A DNA stretch of 64,000 nt from Blasia pusilla (Eukaryota), in NCBI GenBank assembly GCA_050084515.1, contig CM114271.1, positions 28,458,001 to 28,522,000 on the forward strand, in the 5' to 3' direction. This document shows positions 63,240-64,000 of this stretch, piece after piece. The notes under the pieces are model-generated. The model was not told where the DNA came from, did not search any database, and was given only the letters and a program-made list of their open reading frames with translations. Each line of letters begins with the position of its first letter. Position 1 is the stretch's first letter. Made by a program: the position numbers and the translations under genes.

Positions 63240-64000
63240 GACTTATGAATGTTATTTGTCCGAGTTGCAATGCTCTACATTGGAAGTGTGAGAGAGTGAA
63301 GTATACTAGGTTTATAAGCTCGCCTTTTGGTATGTGTTGTGGGCATGGTAAGATTTAATTACCATATTTGACAGCTTCACCTTCTACACTAGCAGAATTA
63401 CTTTCTGGTAGGAGTTCAAATAGTCTTCATTTTTTGCGCAATGCACGTGCCTATAATAGTGCTCTTCAATTGGCATCTACTGGCGCCCATGTGACAGAGC
63501 AACGAGGTGGTACAAGAAACTTTAGGATTCAAGGTGGTGTATATCATTCTATTGGACCTCTTCATGCTGAAAGTAGTGCTCCTCCACAATTTGCGCAGAT
63601 TTATATTCATGATGATGAGCATCAGATGGAATATAGAAGAAGGATTATGAGTGGAGATTATCGGGAACAATTGAGGCGAGAGATCTTAAGGGGGTTACAA
63701 GATATGTTACATGCCCATAATCCATATGTGGATCTATTTCGAAATGTGGCTATTGATCCATGTAATTCTGACTTCCATATTGTTCTTAAGGGTAGTAAGC
63801 GAGGTCTCGATGCCAAACGATACACCTTGCCTGTTGCTTCAAAGATTGCAGCTATCTTGCCGGGAGATGGGAGTGAGCCAGTAGAAGGACGTGATATTAT
63901 TGTTCGCTTACATGGAGGAGGGATTCGTCATCTATCAGATCTGGATGAAGCCTATATCCCATTGCACTTTGTTTTGCCTTTTGTTTATGGTGAAGCAGGT
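63240..64000 (+). pseudogene. Helitron Rep/helicase N-terminal region, partial
   Basis: CPSCNALHW...CCGHGK, FLRNARAYNSAL, FRIQGGVYHSIG, FAQIYIHD, HNPYV, RYTLP...IAAI, RDII, YIPLHFVL. In-frame stop at 63356. Confidence 0.92.

Larger units (their letters stand above)
56874..64000 (+). mobile_element. Helitron (5' part), running off the window edge
   Basis: Candidate 5' end A|TCTATACTA at 56874 (boundary inferred). Short exons between AT-rich introns at 60-63 kb lead into Rep-type sequence. Confidence 0.7.

Overview
Eukaryotic nuclear DNA from a plant, probably a non-seed land plant or other streptophyte (inferred from an intron-rich plastid-type TerC gene and the transposon families present). 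The only clear host gene is a 15-exon TerC (17414-23965, +). The rest is mostly nested, decayed transposable elements: a hAT transposase, a CRE-type RT+RLE non-LTR element, many pieces of an APE-type LINE with a (TTTACCA)n tail, a GCM-like/DDE/SWIM Mutator-like transposase, a complete Ty1/Copia with LTRs and a TATCC TSD, and a Helitron running off the right edge. The standout is a Ty3/Gypsy family present in four co-oriented copies (27.6-46.8 kb). Its most complete copy carries a full DNMT3-like C5 cytosine methyltransferase between protease and RT, all four copies have a PHD finger at the integrase C-terminus, and three have an unusual 3' end (PPT - short repeat B - 2 nt - LTR that ends in B again). 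About 1-6 kb, 11.2-13 kb and 54.2-56.8 kb could not be assigned.
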